Virus record (IMG/VR): IMGVR_UViG_3300045526_000235 | Span: 15,772-79,771 of that record | Reading direction: 5' to 3' (one strand) | Source: a virus | Taxonomy: Duplodnaviria > Caudoviricetes | DNA: 64,000 nt | Part shown: one piece after another, positions 35,772 to 45,191 of the stretch | Layout of the letters: each line of letters starts with the position of its first letter | How positions within the stretch are numbered: the stretch's first letter is position 1 | Made by a program: the position numbers and the translations under genes | The notes under the pieces: model-generated | Databases searched by the model: none | What the model saw: the letters and a program-made list of their open reading frames with translations, nothing else | Told to the model about the DNA's origin: nothing

Positions 35772-38129
35772 TTAATCGTGAGCTTTAATCATTACATAGC
35801 CAGCAGTTACGCCAACTCCAGCAGTACTAACGCGAGCACGAAGCAACGCAGCATTTAAATCTGTAACAGTTAGCTGGACAGTGCTACTCGCCACTGCAGT
35901 CAGAGGCGTACCAATGGAATACCATGATGCACCATTATCATCACTACCTTCAAGCTGCAACGCAGGGGCAGTAGTCGTAATAGCGCCAACATTAACTACT
36001 AATTGAACACGGTTTCCAGTGTCGCGAGCATCAAGACTAGGAGTGGTGCTATTGAGCGTAGTAAGCACGATAGTGCGATCAATTAACTGCCTCACTGCTT
36101 CGTTGTTTGTATTGGACTGCAGTCGGTTAATAGAACGCGTGAAGCTTGGACTAGATCCACCAATGGTCTGCACGTAGCGAATTCGGTTACCAGTGAGACG
36201 CATAATTGGAGAGCGATATGATCCCGTTGCTGTAATACGCGGAAAATCATATACTTTGAACCAGTTGGTTCCAGAATCATCCGATTCTTCAATACTTACG
36301 TCATAAGTTTGGTTTGTTCCGCTTGTTGCAGTGACAGCAATATTGACGCTATATGCTGTACCAAAGGCTGGGGTGATTGCAGATCCTGTGCCTGTTGTAG
36401 TTATTGCCGACGATGCTACGTCCGCCACGGTTGTTGGCAACGATAATCCAACCGTCCAAGTGCCACTTTGAGCAGAGTTAATAGTGCTAGTCACTTGTAC
36501 CGGCACTGATGCTGCAATGGCACTGTTCGGCTGCACCTCCACTCGTTCACGAATATAATCAAACAAACGAACAAAACTTAAACGCGCATCAGTTCTTTTA
36601 ATGACTGTTCCGCCGGCATTGGTTGTAGCAAAACTTGCAGGCAAGACGGTGTTGCCAATGGGAAGAAGGACAATGGTAGTAGTAGAAACAAGCGCTACTT
36701 TATAGGCGCCATCAACGCCTAATGTTGCTCCAGTTGAAATATCACGACAACCATAAACATTCACATAATCGCCAACTAACCATGACCAGTTAGTGTTTCC
36801 AACCAATGTAAGAGCGGAACCATCATTTGTCGCTGATTGAACGGCAACAGTAATAAATGCTGCAGGAATATTTCCTCCCTGCACTCGCGCCACCATCCCC
36901 CCATAGCTTGTAGCAGTGGCGGACGCACCAAAAGAAATGGTAAAAGAAGTGGAGTCGATAACAGAAGCAACTGCAGTGGCAGTCGTTAGGTTTGCAAAAT
37001 TGGTTTGATCGCGAATGCCATAAATGACAATTTGATCGCCAGTGGTAAGTCCGTGTGCTGTAGCCGTTGTAATTGTTGTGATAGTAGAGGCACTTTTAGT
37101 TGCAGAAACGATTTCAGCAGTTGGAACAGTAAGCCCTTTGTTGTTGCTAAAGCGAAAACGCAATTTATATTGTTTTGTAAAATCAGGAATAACTTGCGTG
37201 CGCAGCAATCTGGTGCTCATGGCAGCCGTTGCGTCAACAACAACATCCTGGAACTGAGCGCGATCTGCCTGTAATAAATATCTGTATTCGGAGGTAGGTA
37301 ACCATGCATAAGAATACGCAGCATTAACGCCTTGCGTTCCCGCTGTAGTGGCGGATGTCACTCCATGAATGCCACTGGCAACGTTAGATGGTAAAACATC
37401 GCCACTATTGGAACGAACATAGTAAGAAGAGTTGGTCGCTGTAGCATTTTCAAAAATCTGAGACACGCCATCTTTTGCATATCCCAAAGCCGAACGATAA
37501 TAAACATTGCCACTAGCAAAAGGACCCGCAGTAACTGACGGCAAAGAACCACCAGGGCCAGCAGTGCAAGTGAATTGAGTGGCAGATGGAATGGTTGCTA
37601 CAACTAAAGAAGGATAATTAAAACGACTATCACTTACGCCATAAATGCCAATTCGTTTGCCTGGAACAAGGCCATGCGGATCGTTAGTATTGACAGTTAA
37701 AATTGTAGTGGACTGAGAAATACCGCTAATTGTAATTTCAGAAGGCGGAGATAACGGCGCGTCGGAGCTTACAATTTCCACTGACAGCTCTTGACCAAGA
37801 ACACGCTGAGACATTCCAAGTCCAACAGCGGCCTCCAATGGCATGGCGTAAGTGGAAATAGTCTCCAATGTCGTCTCCGAGCCAGCAATAAACGGACTCT
37901 TAGAAATAACTAAATACGAAGCTGATACGGCATTCCCGTCCAGGGCAATAATATCATCAGTGCCAGAAGAAAGAATCCAGTTTGTTCCAGGAACAAAAGT
38001 CTCAAAGGATTCCCTAAACTTTGTCGTAATATTAGAAGGATAGACGCTAACACCACTAGCAATGGCGGCATTGATTCCAGAGGCAGTGCTTTCTAATGCA
38101 AGATCAGCAAACGCATTACGAAGAGCCAT
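35772..38129 (-). CDS. Large virion structural / fiber-associated protein with FCCH-like beta domains
   Basis: Repeated T..HGL..G..I.IYG modules; T/A/S-rich. Confidence 0.7.
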   Translation of the reverse strand: MALRNAFADLALESTASGINAAIASGVSVYPSNITTKFRESFETFVPGTNWILSSGTDDIIALDGNAVSASYLVISKSPFIAGSETTLETISTYAMPLEAAVGLGMSQRVLGQELSVEIVSSDAPLSPPSEITISGISQSTTILTVNTNDPHGLVPGKRIGIYGVSDSRFNYPSLVVATIPSATQFTCTAGPGGSLPSVTAGPFASGNVYYRSALGYAKDGVSQIFENATATNSSYYVRSNSGDVLPSNVASGIHGVTSATTAGTQGVNAAYSYAWLPTSEYRYLLQADRAQFQDVVVDATAAMSTRLLRTQVIPDFTKQYKLRFRFSNNKGLTVPTAEIVSATKSASTITTITTATAHGLTTGDQIVIYGIRDQTNFANLTTATAVASVIDSTSFTISFGASATATSYGGMVARVQGGNIPAAFITVAVQSATNDGSALTLVGNTNWSWLVGDYVNVYGCRDISTGATLGVDGAYKVALVSTTTIVLLPIGNTVLPASFATTNAGGTVIKRTDARLSFVRLFDYIRERVEVQPNSAIAASVPVQVTSTINSAQSGTWTVGLSLPTTVADVASSAITTTGTGSAITPAFGTAYSVNIAVTATSGTNQTYDVSIEESDDSGTNWFKVYDFPRITATGSYRSPIMRLTGNRIRYVQTIGGSSPSFTRSINRLQSNTNNEAVRQLIDRTIVLTTLNSTTPSLDARDTGNRVQLVVNVGAITTTAPALQLEGSDDNGASWYSIGTPLTAVASSTVQLTVTDLNAALLRARVSTAGVGVTAGYVMIKAHD

Positions 38130-38131
38130 AA

Positions 38132-38422
38132 TTAAACACCATCCTCAATCCAAAGAGTTAAATCGCCGCCGCTAGTGTCAAACCAAGCATACTTAGTGTA
38201 GCCTACATAGTCTTGCGGAGTAGGAGCCGTATCTTGTATAAAAGTGGGAATGCCTTTTAACGGACCAGTGGCACCTTGCATGCCCTTTGTGGTGGCAAGA
38301 ATTAATGCGGGATCCGCTGAAATATTCTCAATAAGAACAGAATTGTCTGAAACATTTAGAGCTTCACTACTAATAAGAATTGTCTCATTTTGAGAAGCTT
38401 TAATAATGACTACTTCATCCAT
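38132..38422 (-). CDS. Hypothetical structural protein
   Basis: 96-aa ORF in the tail operon. Confidence 0.6.
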   Translation of the reverse strand: MDEVVIIKASQNETILISSEALNVSDNSVLIENISADPALILATTKGMQGATGPLKGIPTFIQDTAPTPQDYVGYTKYAWFDTSGGDLTLWIEDGV

Positions 38423-38425
38423 GGC

Positions 38426-38998
38426 TTAGTTCCTAGAACGAGTGAGCTGTACAGTCATCGTGCCAGTAAGCCAGTAATAGCGCTCTCCTCCAGGCGTCGT
38501 CAGGCTCACGTCATAGCCAAACTGCCCAGCTTCAAACCCGGAAGTAGTAGCAGGCGTCAGTTCCAGCCCAAACAAACCATTTGTAGGATCATCTAACGTG
38601 CAACTAAAAGTGCCAATATACACATTGGTATTTACATCGCGAATGTCTGAATCAACGATGTAACCAGTTAAATTGACAGGAGTGCCAACATAATTTGTGC
38701 CTCCAGCAGTACCGCTCAAAGAAAGCGATGCGCCTCCCATTGTCCCGCTCACCGCAAATTCGTTAGCAGTGAGTCCGCTTGAAATGACATAGTAAATAGT
38801 ATTGTCCGCCATGCCTTGCGGAAGTGTTCCGCCAGCAAAAACAACCTTTTGATCTTCCGTGAAACCATGCCCGCTAGCAGTGAAGGTATTGCTTGCAACA
38901 TTAGGGACAACAGTTTTTTGATTTTCAGTTGCCCTAAACTGATTTTTCCATGTGGCATTTTGCAACACCACAATATTGTAAGTGGCAGGATAAATCAT
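38426..38998 (-). CDS. BppU/LtfC-like adaptor with inserted FCCH-like domain
   Basis: Paralog of 34159-34503 (YNIVVLQNATW, PVNLTGY, GYDV...LTG) with a GHGF..DQKVVF insert. Confidence 0.6.
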   Translation of the reverse strand: MIYPATYNIVVLQNATWKNQFRATENQKTVVPNVASNTFTASGHGFTEDQKVVFAGGTLPQGMADNTIYYVISSGLTANEFAVSGTMGGASLSLSGTAGGTNYVGTPVNLTGYIVDSDIRDVNTNVYIGTFSCTLDDPTNGLFGLELTPATTSGFEAGQFGYDVSLTTPGGERYYWLTGTMTVQLTRSRN

Positions 38999-39045
38999 TA
39001 TCCATTTCCATCGTTTGCTCAATTATAGCCATTTAATGATTGCAT

Positions 39046-39069
39046 AAAAAAAGGAGGCTTGGCCTCCTT
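39046..39069 (-). terminator. Intrinsic terminator
   Basis: AGGAGGC-TTG-GCCTCCT followed by a T-run on the minus strand. Confidence 0.65.
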
Positions 39070-39072
39070 GAA

Positions 39073-39207
39073 TTATTTGCCTTGCCCTCGCAAAAGTTTG
39101 CGACCATGACTCGGCTTACTATGTTTGCCCTGTCCTTGTCGCGTTAGTTTGGGGGGTTTGCTTTTGTGCTCAATGCGACCGAGAGCGGTTTTGCTTTTAA
39201 CTGCCAT
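39073..39207 (-). CDS. Small basic protein (44 aa)
   Basis: MAVKSKTALGRIEHKSKPPKLTRQGQGKHSKPSHGRKLLRGQGK. Confidence 0.55.
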   Translation of the reverse strand: MAVKSKTALGRIEHKSKPPKLTRQGQGKHSKPSHGRKLLRGQGK

Positions 39208-39231
39208 GAGATCAATGCAGAAAGCAAGATT

Positions 39232-39546
39232 TTAGCCTTGCCAAGGCAAACCAGTGCCTACAGAAGGCGCTTTTTGTTCATCTAACTGTTTTTGCAGGGC
39301 GCTTTCGATTTCCTCCACCTTTTCTTCAGTGAGTTTTTGCTGCACCCATTCCACGCAAATGTCCTCCTCTAAATCAGCAAAAGCAATCATTTCTTCTTCG
39401 TCGGCGGGTTCCAGACCGACGCTGCCATATGCACCAGCACGATACGTGCCATCAAAAGCATCAACCGTGTAATGAAGCACTGAGATCATGCCATTCGCGA
39501 GAGTGCGTTCAGCGTTAGCGATTTTCCAAGTGAAAGTAGTAGCCAT
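39232..39546 (-). CDS. Tail-fiber-associated small protein
   Basis: MATTFTWKI...HYTV...GLPW family motif. Confidence 0.7.
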   Translation of the reverse strand: MATTFTWKIANAERTLANGMISVLHYTVDAFDGTYRAGAYGSVGLEPADEEEMIAFADLEEDICVEWVQQKLTEEKVEEIESALQKQLDEQKAPSVGTGLPWQG

Positions 39547-39632
39547 GGTAAAGAATGAGCTCTAAATAATTGTAAAGGGAAAAACAAGGGCAGCCATTAC
39601 TGAAAACCGCCCATTATTAACAAGAGTGACAA

Positions 39633-39857
39633 TCACTCAAGCAAAGCCTTGAGGTCATTGATGGTCAAGCCAATTGCAGCTAATTTTTCTTCTGGCGTTA
39701 GCTCGGGCACGGGCTCAGGCTCAGGAGCAGGTAAAGGGGTGTTGCCTTCGTCGAGCCAGGCTTGATAGGCGGCGTAGTCGGTGTTGGCGGGGTCGGGTGG
39801 GATGAAGGCGTTGTCGGAGAGGCGGAGGATGGTGTCGCTGGTGGTGAGTTGGTACAT
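39633..39857 (-). CDS. Tail fiber assembly chaperone-like protein
   Basis: FIPPDPANTDYAAYQAWL.EGNTP.PA motif directly after the long fiber gene. Confidence 0.7.
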   Translation of the reverse strand: MYQLTTSDTILRLSDNAFIPPDPANTDYAAYQAWLDEGNTPLPAPEPEPVPELTPEEKLAAIGLTINDLKALLE

Positions 39858-39882
39858 GGCGTTAATCATGATTGATCGTGTG

Positions 39883-42800
39883 TCATATCTCGGCGTTGGC
39901 TTCGTAGCCAACAACCATATTGATAGAGCCAGCCGCATTTGCATTAGTAAACAAGCCGAACATTGTTACGTTTACAAATTCTGCGTTTTGCCCGGTTACG
40001 TTATTTCCCATCATGTTGTTAAATGAAATTGTTGGCGCGACTCTCATTTGCTGAGGGTAATAAGCGGTACCTATGCGCTGAGGCCCAGGACCAGGAGCAT
40101 AGCCCCAGCCGTAAATTGAGCTTCTATGATAATACCTCTGACACAACGCCAATTCCTGCCCAATAGGTCGCTGTTCAAACGGAGTGACAACGGTACCAGC
40201 TTCAAGCTGTACGCCTGTTACCTGCCAAGTGGCATTAAGGGTTGAAATGACACGCACAGAACCAGGCGCTCTGTAGAAATTACCATTTGTCCATACGTTT
40301 GCTGCTAGTTCCCAATTTGACCCAGAACCCATATCAAAGAGCAATGCCAATCCTTGCTCATCGTTTCTGTTAGGACCAAAGTCGGTAGTATCTGCGCTAA
40401 TCATCACTGCCTTCTGTTCCCACTGATTAGCACTATTAACCGTGTACGTAAACACGTAGGTACGATATGTTTGACCAACACCCGAGCCTGCCGTTTGGCG
40501 CACCATGCCTGAATAAGTGCCAGTTAATGATGCTTTGACATAAAAAGACACTACAAACGGCTTTGATGCTGCGCCCCTAAATAGGTCTGATATGTTGTAA
40601 CCTTCAATGGGCTGATAGACATACGATTCATTGGCTGCTGACGGGGTTGCTTTAGCGTTAGTTGTTGTCCATTTCAAGGAATAAACTAATCCAGCAGGAT
40701 GACTTTCCGAGACTTGCTGAACGGTAGCAGTGCCACTGCCAACGCCATTGGCCGCTGTCGCAAGAAAGCGATCTAACGTATATCCGCCACTATTGTTGAA
40801 TGCCACCCCCGATGCCCCATATCTTTGACTGATTCGCATGTCACCATTGATGATGCGATTTCGCATGCCAGCAAATTGTCCGCCGTTCAACGAAACCGCT
40901 TCCATGTCGCCAATGACTTTTGCATCACCATTCACTTGCAACTTGGCGGCGCCCAATGCTGTTGTTGTTCCAATGAGCATTATTCCAGAAGGATTAATGC
41001 GGGCATATTCTCCTGTTGTTCCTGCTGCAATAAATGGAGTAACGCCAGAAGCAGCCGTCACATGAAGAGTGCCACTTGCATTGTTATTGCCAATACCCAC
41101 TCGACCACCGGTTGCCTCGTGGAAATAAGTTCTATTTAACGTTGAGTCTGTGTTCGATGAGAAGAACCTTGCGACAGTATCATTATTGAGACCAATGATG
41201 CGGAAATTTTTGGCTCCAGTGTTGTCTTTTAATGCAAGTTCAGCGTTGGTGCCAGAGCCAAGTTGGAGCCATGTCCAGGCACGTTCAGTAGAAAAACGTA
41301 AGATTTCTGTGCCAGAGCCAGTGGCTGCAATGTCTAGTCTTGCTGCAGGAGACGTAGTATTGATGCCAACAAAACCACTGCTTGTAATCCGTAAACGCTC
41401 CAATGGGGATGCACCACTTAATGGGGTGGTCCAAAGACTTAAGGCCCCAGGAACACTGCCACTTGCCGGCGCACCATCGACAATTCCGCGAATGCGAACT
41501 GCATGGCTATTTAAGGTGTTACCATCATCCCCCAGGAAATCAATGTCAGCAATTATGTCATTATTTTGAACAATTACACCAGGCGTAGTTGTCGTGTTTC
41601 GGCTTTTCGCAAACTTAAGAGTAGTCGCATTTGCGTCATTATTGTATCTTGCAATACTTATAGAAGCACCATTGCTGGTTGTTAGGTGATTTAATTGCAC
41701 GCCGGCAGTAATGCCTCCAACTGTTGTTGCTGTTGAGCTTCCATGCAGGAGTCTTCCAAAACTGTCAAACCTTGCTTTCTCCGTGCCGCCGTTGGCAAAG
41801 ATGAAGTTGTTGCTGGCGAAGTATGAATCCGCCGTACCATTGGTATAGAAATTCCAGCGACCAGTGCCAGACGGAATATTGCTATAAAAACCGTAGTTAT
41901 TAGTTGCGCCAACTAAACTGCTACCAGCAGTAAAGCCATATTGATTGGTTACAGTTGATCCTGCTCCCAAAGTGCCTTGTGCTGCGTGATAATGTAATAA
42001 ACCTGTCAACGTAAAAGCGGCTGCTTGCGTGCCTGCTGTTGAAGCAAAGTAAGAAACGCTATTCGTGACATCCGACTGAACAATTCCTTGCGTCACCACG
42101 CCATAGCCATTAATCGCCCCAGTGATATTTTTGGCAATGAACAATGAGTAACTTGGCGATGTGCCAACACTTCCAATGGCGATATTTCCAGCGCTATCAA
42201 TTCGCAGCCGCTCTACAGGCGTTGCTGAACCTGATGGCGTGGTGCTGAAAATTAGACGACCTGGCACAGAGCCGGATGCTGTAGTGCCGTCTGCTTGACC
42301 TTCAACAACTGCCGCCCTGATAAAACCTGCATCAGTTCCAACAGCTCGACCGTCAGAACCGAGGAAGACAACACGCCCTAACGAATCTCCATTGGCCACT
42401 AAGCCTTGCGCATCCAGACTTCCACGACTCCTTCCAAGCAGAAGATTTGGAGCAACAGTTGCGGTCGTCGAATAAGCACTCCAAAAGGCACTTGCTTCAG
42501 CTTGTCCTGTGGCTCGTTGCTGATATTGGCTGTTTCCAATGGTTGAGGAGCTTAATGGCGTTGCAATGCTTGTGCTCGTCCCAATTAACAAGCGGCCAGA
42601 TCCATCAACTCGGGCGCGTTCAGTGCCAGCATTAGCAAAAATAAAATTGTTGCTAGCAAAGTAGCTATCAGCGGTGCCGTTCGCATAGAAATTCCAGCGA
42701 CCAGTGGCACTTGCAAGATTGCTATAAAAACCGTAGTTATTAGTGGCTCCGGATAGAGTGCTAGCCGCGTTAAATCCATACTGGTTTGTAACAGTGGATC

Positions 42801-45132
42801 CAGATCCAATTGTTGTTTGACTAGCGTTGTAATGTACTAAATTAGCTAGCGTAAAAGATGCAGCTTGTGTCCCAAGAACGCAGGCATAACCATAGGCGGT
42901 AGAAGTGACGCCGCTTAAAGCGTCAACATTGACATAGTTTGCGTAAGCAGTAGTGGCTCCTGTAATATCCTTTTGATTGTAAAAACCTACGGCTGCGCTT
43001 CCGTTTCCGCCAAAGCCAATATTGCCATCGCTTCTAATGCGCAGATACTCCACAGGCGACGCCGAACCTGAGGGAGTGGCGCTAAAAACTAATCGAGTGG
43101 GAGCTGAGTTTGTGCCAAATGACGCGTCACTAACAAAATCGATACGCCCGCCTTCTACAAAAGTCGTCCCGTCAGATCCTGCTGCAGTAATTCTCCCCAA
43201 AGGAATTCCTCCAGTTAATACGCCTTGAGTGCCTAGCGTTGTCCCAAGAGACCTTGCAAAAGCGATTGAAGGAGAAACGGAACTAGCGTTAGAAAACTGA
43301 GCAATTAACTTTGTGGAAGTATTACCATCGGTTCCCGCTAGTTGATCTCTACAACTTCCATAGGAAAGCCCGGCAATATTTGTAGTAATTGAAGTGCTTG
43401 TCCCAATCAACAAGCGGCCGGTTGAGTCAATGCGAGCACGCTCAGTATTGCTTGTATAAAAAGCAACTGTGTTTGTTGTTGGAATGTCTAAGCGAGTATT
43501 TTCGTCATTGAATTCAATTCCCGAATTTAACCCGCCGCCCACGCGAACACGAGCTCCAGAAGCGTTTTCAACATGCAAATTAGTAACAGGTGCGGATGTT
43601 CCAATGCCAATAAAACCACTACTTGTAATCCGCATCCGCTCTGTAGGGCTACTAGAACCATTGGCAGTTGTGCTAAATAACAGCCGACAAGGCATATCAT
43701 TTGCGCCAGGGGTGCCGTCTACTGCAGAACTAATCTCAGCACCGCGTATGTAGTTAGTTCCATCATTGCCACGGAACGTGATGCCACCAAGATTGTTGCT
43801 ATCTGCAACTGCGGCCCCAGCATTGCTTCGCGCAATCCAAAAATATGCAGCATCGTTAGATGAAATTAATTGTGCATTTGGTTGCGTGGTGCCAGTACTG
43901 GATCCTATCTGTAGGCTTCCTCCTAAAATACTAGAGCTCGTCCCCACCAGTAATCTGCCTGATGAATCCACGCGTGCTCTTTCAGTGCCGCCATTAGCAA
44001 AGATGAAATTATTGCTAACGAAATACGAATCAGCAGTGCCAGCAGCAAAAAAGGCAAAATTACCAGTGCCTCCCGGAACTGCACTATAAAAGCCATAGTT
44101 ATTAGTAGCGCCACTAAAAGCGGCGCTAGCATAAAATCCCATTTGACTGGTCACAGTGGCACCACTGCCGAATGCCCCTGGGATTGCGTTGAAATGCCTT
44201 AATTCTTGAACTGTAAAACTGCCACTAGAAACGCTCGGGTTGCTTGAAAATACTTGGGGAGCGGTAATTGCATCATTCTGAACCACGGGTGTTCCCAGAA
44301 TTGACACTGGGCTCACTGATCCAGTGAGAGCATTGGCAAAGCGAATGCTGGCGCCAGAGGCACCACCTGCAGTAGTTGTACTGCCAATTGCCACAGCGCC
44401 GGTAGATCCAATTCGTAAACGCTCAACCGAATTAGTAGAAATACCTACGCCATTAGTCGCTGGCAAAAATAAACCATTAGCGGGTGTAGTGGTACTTGTA
44501 GGAATAAAAGAACCACCAGTAATACTGCCAGTCGTTACTGCATTTTGACTCCCGAAATTAGGACTAATCTTGGTGCCAGCAATGGCTGCACTAGCGTTTA
44601 CATCGGCGTCAATGATCGTTCCACTGGCAATCATCGCGCTGGTAACAGTACCAGTATCGCCAGTAGTGATAACAGTACCAGTAATATTTGGAAAGGTAAT
44701 TGTTTGATCGGCCGTAGGATTTGCAACTGTCAATGTGGTTTCAAAGCCATCATCAACACTGCCTTCAAAAACAATATTTGCATTAACGCCCATGACCAGC
44801 GGACCGGTCATTGTATCGCCAGACGCATTAATAAAATCATTCGCGCTGCTGCGCCAATCACTACCATCCCAAGTTTTAATTAAATAATTACCACCACTAG
44901 TATCTAACCATTGTTCGCCAATTGTATTACCAGATGCACCACCACTTGCAGGCGAAGCATTAGGGGCTCCACTGCCAACATGCACAGGACCAACTTTTAC
45001 AAGCCTGTTTGCACTGTCAACAAAAAACAAGCCTGGACTACCGCTAGCCGTATTAAGAGCTATTTGCCCAGCGGCCATGCCCGAAGGTTGAGGACGCTTG
45101 TTCGCAGTGGACGACCGAAGATGCTTAAGCAT
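39883..45132 (-). CDS. Long tail fiber protein (1749 aa, modular)
   Basis: Repeated ERLRI/ERARID modules and a C-terminal RNRIING.M...QLE.G..VTPFE.R.IGQELALCQRYY domain. Confidence 0.85.
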   Translation of the reverse strand: MLKHLRSSTANKRPQPSGMAAGQIALNTASGSPGLFFVDSANRLVKVGPVHVGSGAPNASPASGGASGNTIGEQWLDTSGGNYLIKTWDGSDWRSSANDFINASGDTMTGPLVMGVNANIVFEGSVDDGFETTLTVANPTADQTITFPNITGTVITTGDTGTVTSAMIASGTIIDADVNASAAIAGTKISPNFGSQNAVTTGSITGGSFIPTSTTTPANGLFLPATNGVGISTNSVERLRIGSTGAVAIGSTTTAGGASGASIRFANALTGSVSPVSILGTPVVQNDAITAPQVFSSNPSVSSGSFTVQELRHFNAIPGAFGSGATVTSQMGFYASAAFSGATNNYGFYSAVPGGTGNFAFFAAGTADSYFVSNNFIFANGGTERARVDSSGRLLVGTSSSILGGSLQIGSSTGTTQPNAQLISSNDAAYFWIARSNAGAAVADSNNLGGITFRGNDGTNYIRGAEISSAVDGTPGANDMPCRLLFSTTANGSSSPTERMRITSSGFIGIGTSAPVTNLHVENASGARVRVGGGLNSGIEFNDENTRLDIPTTNTVAFYTSNTERARIDSTGRLLIGTSTSITTNIAGLSYGSCRDQLAGTDGNTSTKLIAQFSNASSVSPSIAFARSLGTTLGTQGVLTGGIPLGRITAAGSDGTTFVEGGRIDFVSDASFGTNSAPTRLVFSATPSGSASPVEYLRIRSDGNIGFGGNGSAAVGFYNQKDITGATTAYANYVNVDALSGVTSTAYGYACVLGTQAASFTLANLVHYNASQTTIGSGSTVTNQYGFNAASTLSGATNNYGFYSNLASATGRWNFYANGTADSYFASNNFIFANAGTERARVDGSGRLLIGTSTSIATPLSSSTIGNSQYQQRATGQAEASAFWSAYSTTATVAPNLLLGRSRGSLDAQGLVANGDSLGRVVFLGSDGRAVGTDAGFIRAAVVEGQADGTTASGSVPGRLIFSTTPSGSATPVERLRIDSAGNIAIGSVGTSPSYSLFIAKNITGAINGYGVVTQGIVQSDVTNSVSYFASTAGTQAAAFTLTGLLHYHAAQGTLGAGSTVTNQYGFTAGSSLVGATNNYGFYSNIPSGTGRWNFYTNGTADSYFASNNFIFANGGTEKARFDSFGRLLHGSSTATTVGGITAGVQLNHLTTSNGASISIARYNNDANATTLKFAKSRNTTTTPGVIVQNNDIIADIDFLGDDGNTLNSHAVRIRGIVDGAPASGSVPGALSLWTTPLSGASPLERLRITSSGFVGINTTSPAARLDIAATGSGTEILRFSTERAWTWLQLGSGTNAELALKDNTGAKNFRIIGLNNDTVARFFSSNTDSTLNRTYFHEATGGRVGIGNNNASGTLHVTAASGVTPFIAAGTTGEYARINPSGIMLIGTTTALGAAKLQVNGDAKVIGDMEAVSLNGGQFAGMRNRIINGDMRISQRYGASGVAFNNSGGYTLDRFLATAANGVGSGTATVQQVSESHPAGLVYSLKWTTTNAKATPSAANESYVYQPIEGYNISDLFRGAASKPFVVSFYVKASLTGTYSGMVRQTAGSGVGQTYRTYVFTYTVNSANQWEQKAVMISADTTDFGPNRNDEQGLALLFDMGSGSNWELAANVWTNGNFYRAPGSVRVISTLNATWQVTGVQLEAGTVVTPFEQRPIGQELALCQRYYHRSSIYGWGYAPGPGPQRIGTAYYPQQMRVAPTISFNNMMGNNVTGQNAEFVNVTMFGLFTNANAAGSINMVVGYEANAEI

Positions 45133-45191
45133 GATGCCTCTTAACGTCTATAAAGACCGAGAATTATCTTTATAGAGTCTAAAGACACTAA

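Noticed and set aside
39883-40200. Diversity-generating retroelement target at the fiber C-terminus
   Set aside because: No reverse transcriptase and no adenine-variant template repeat were found in this window; they could lie outside it.
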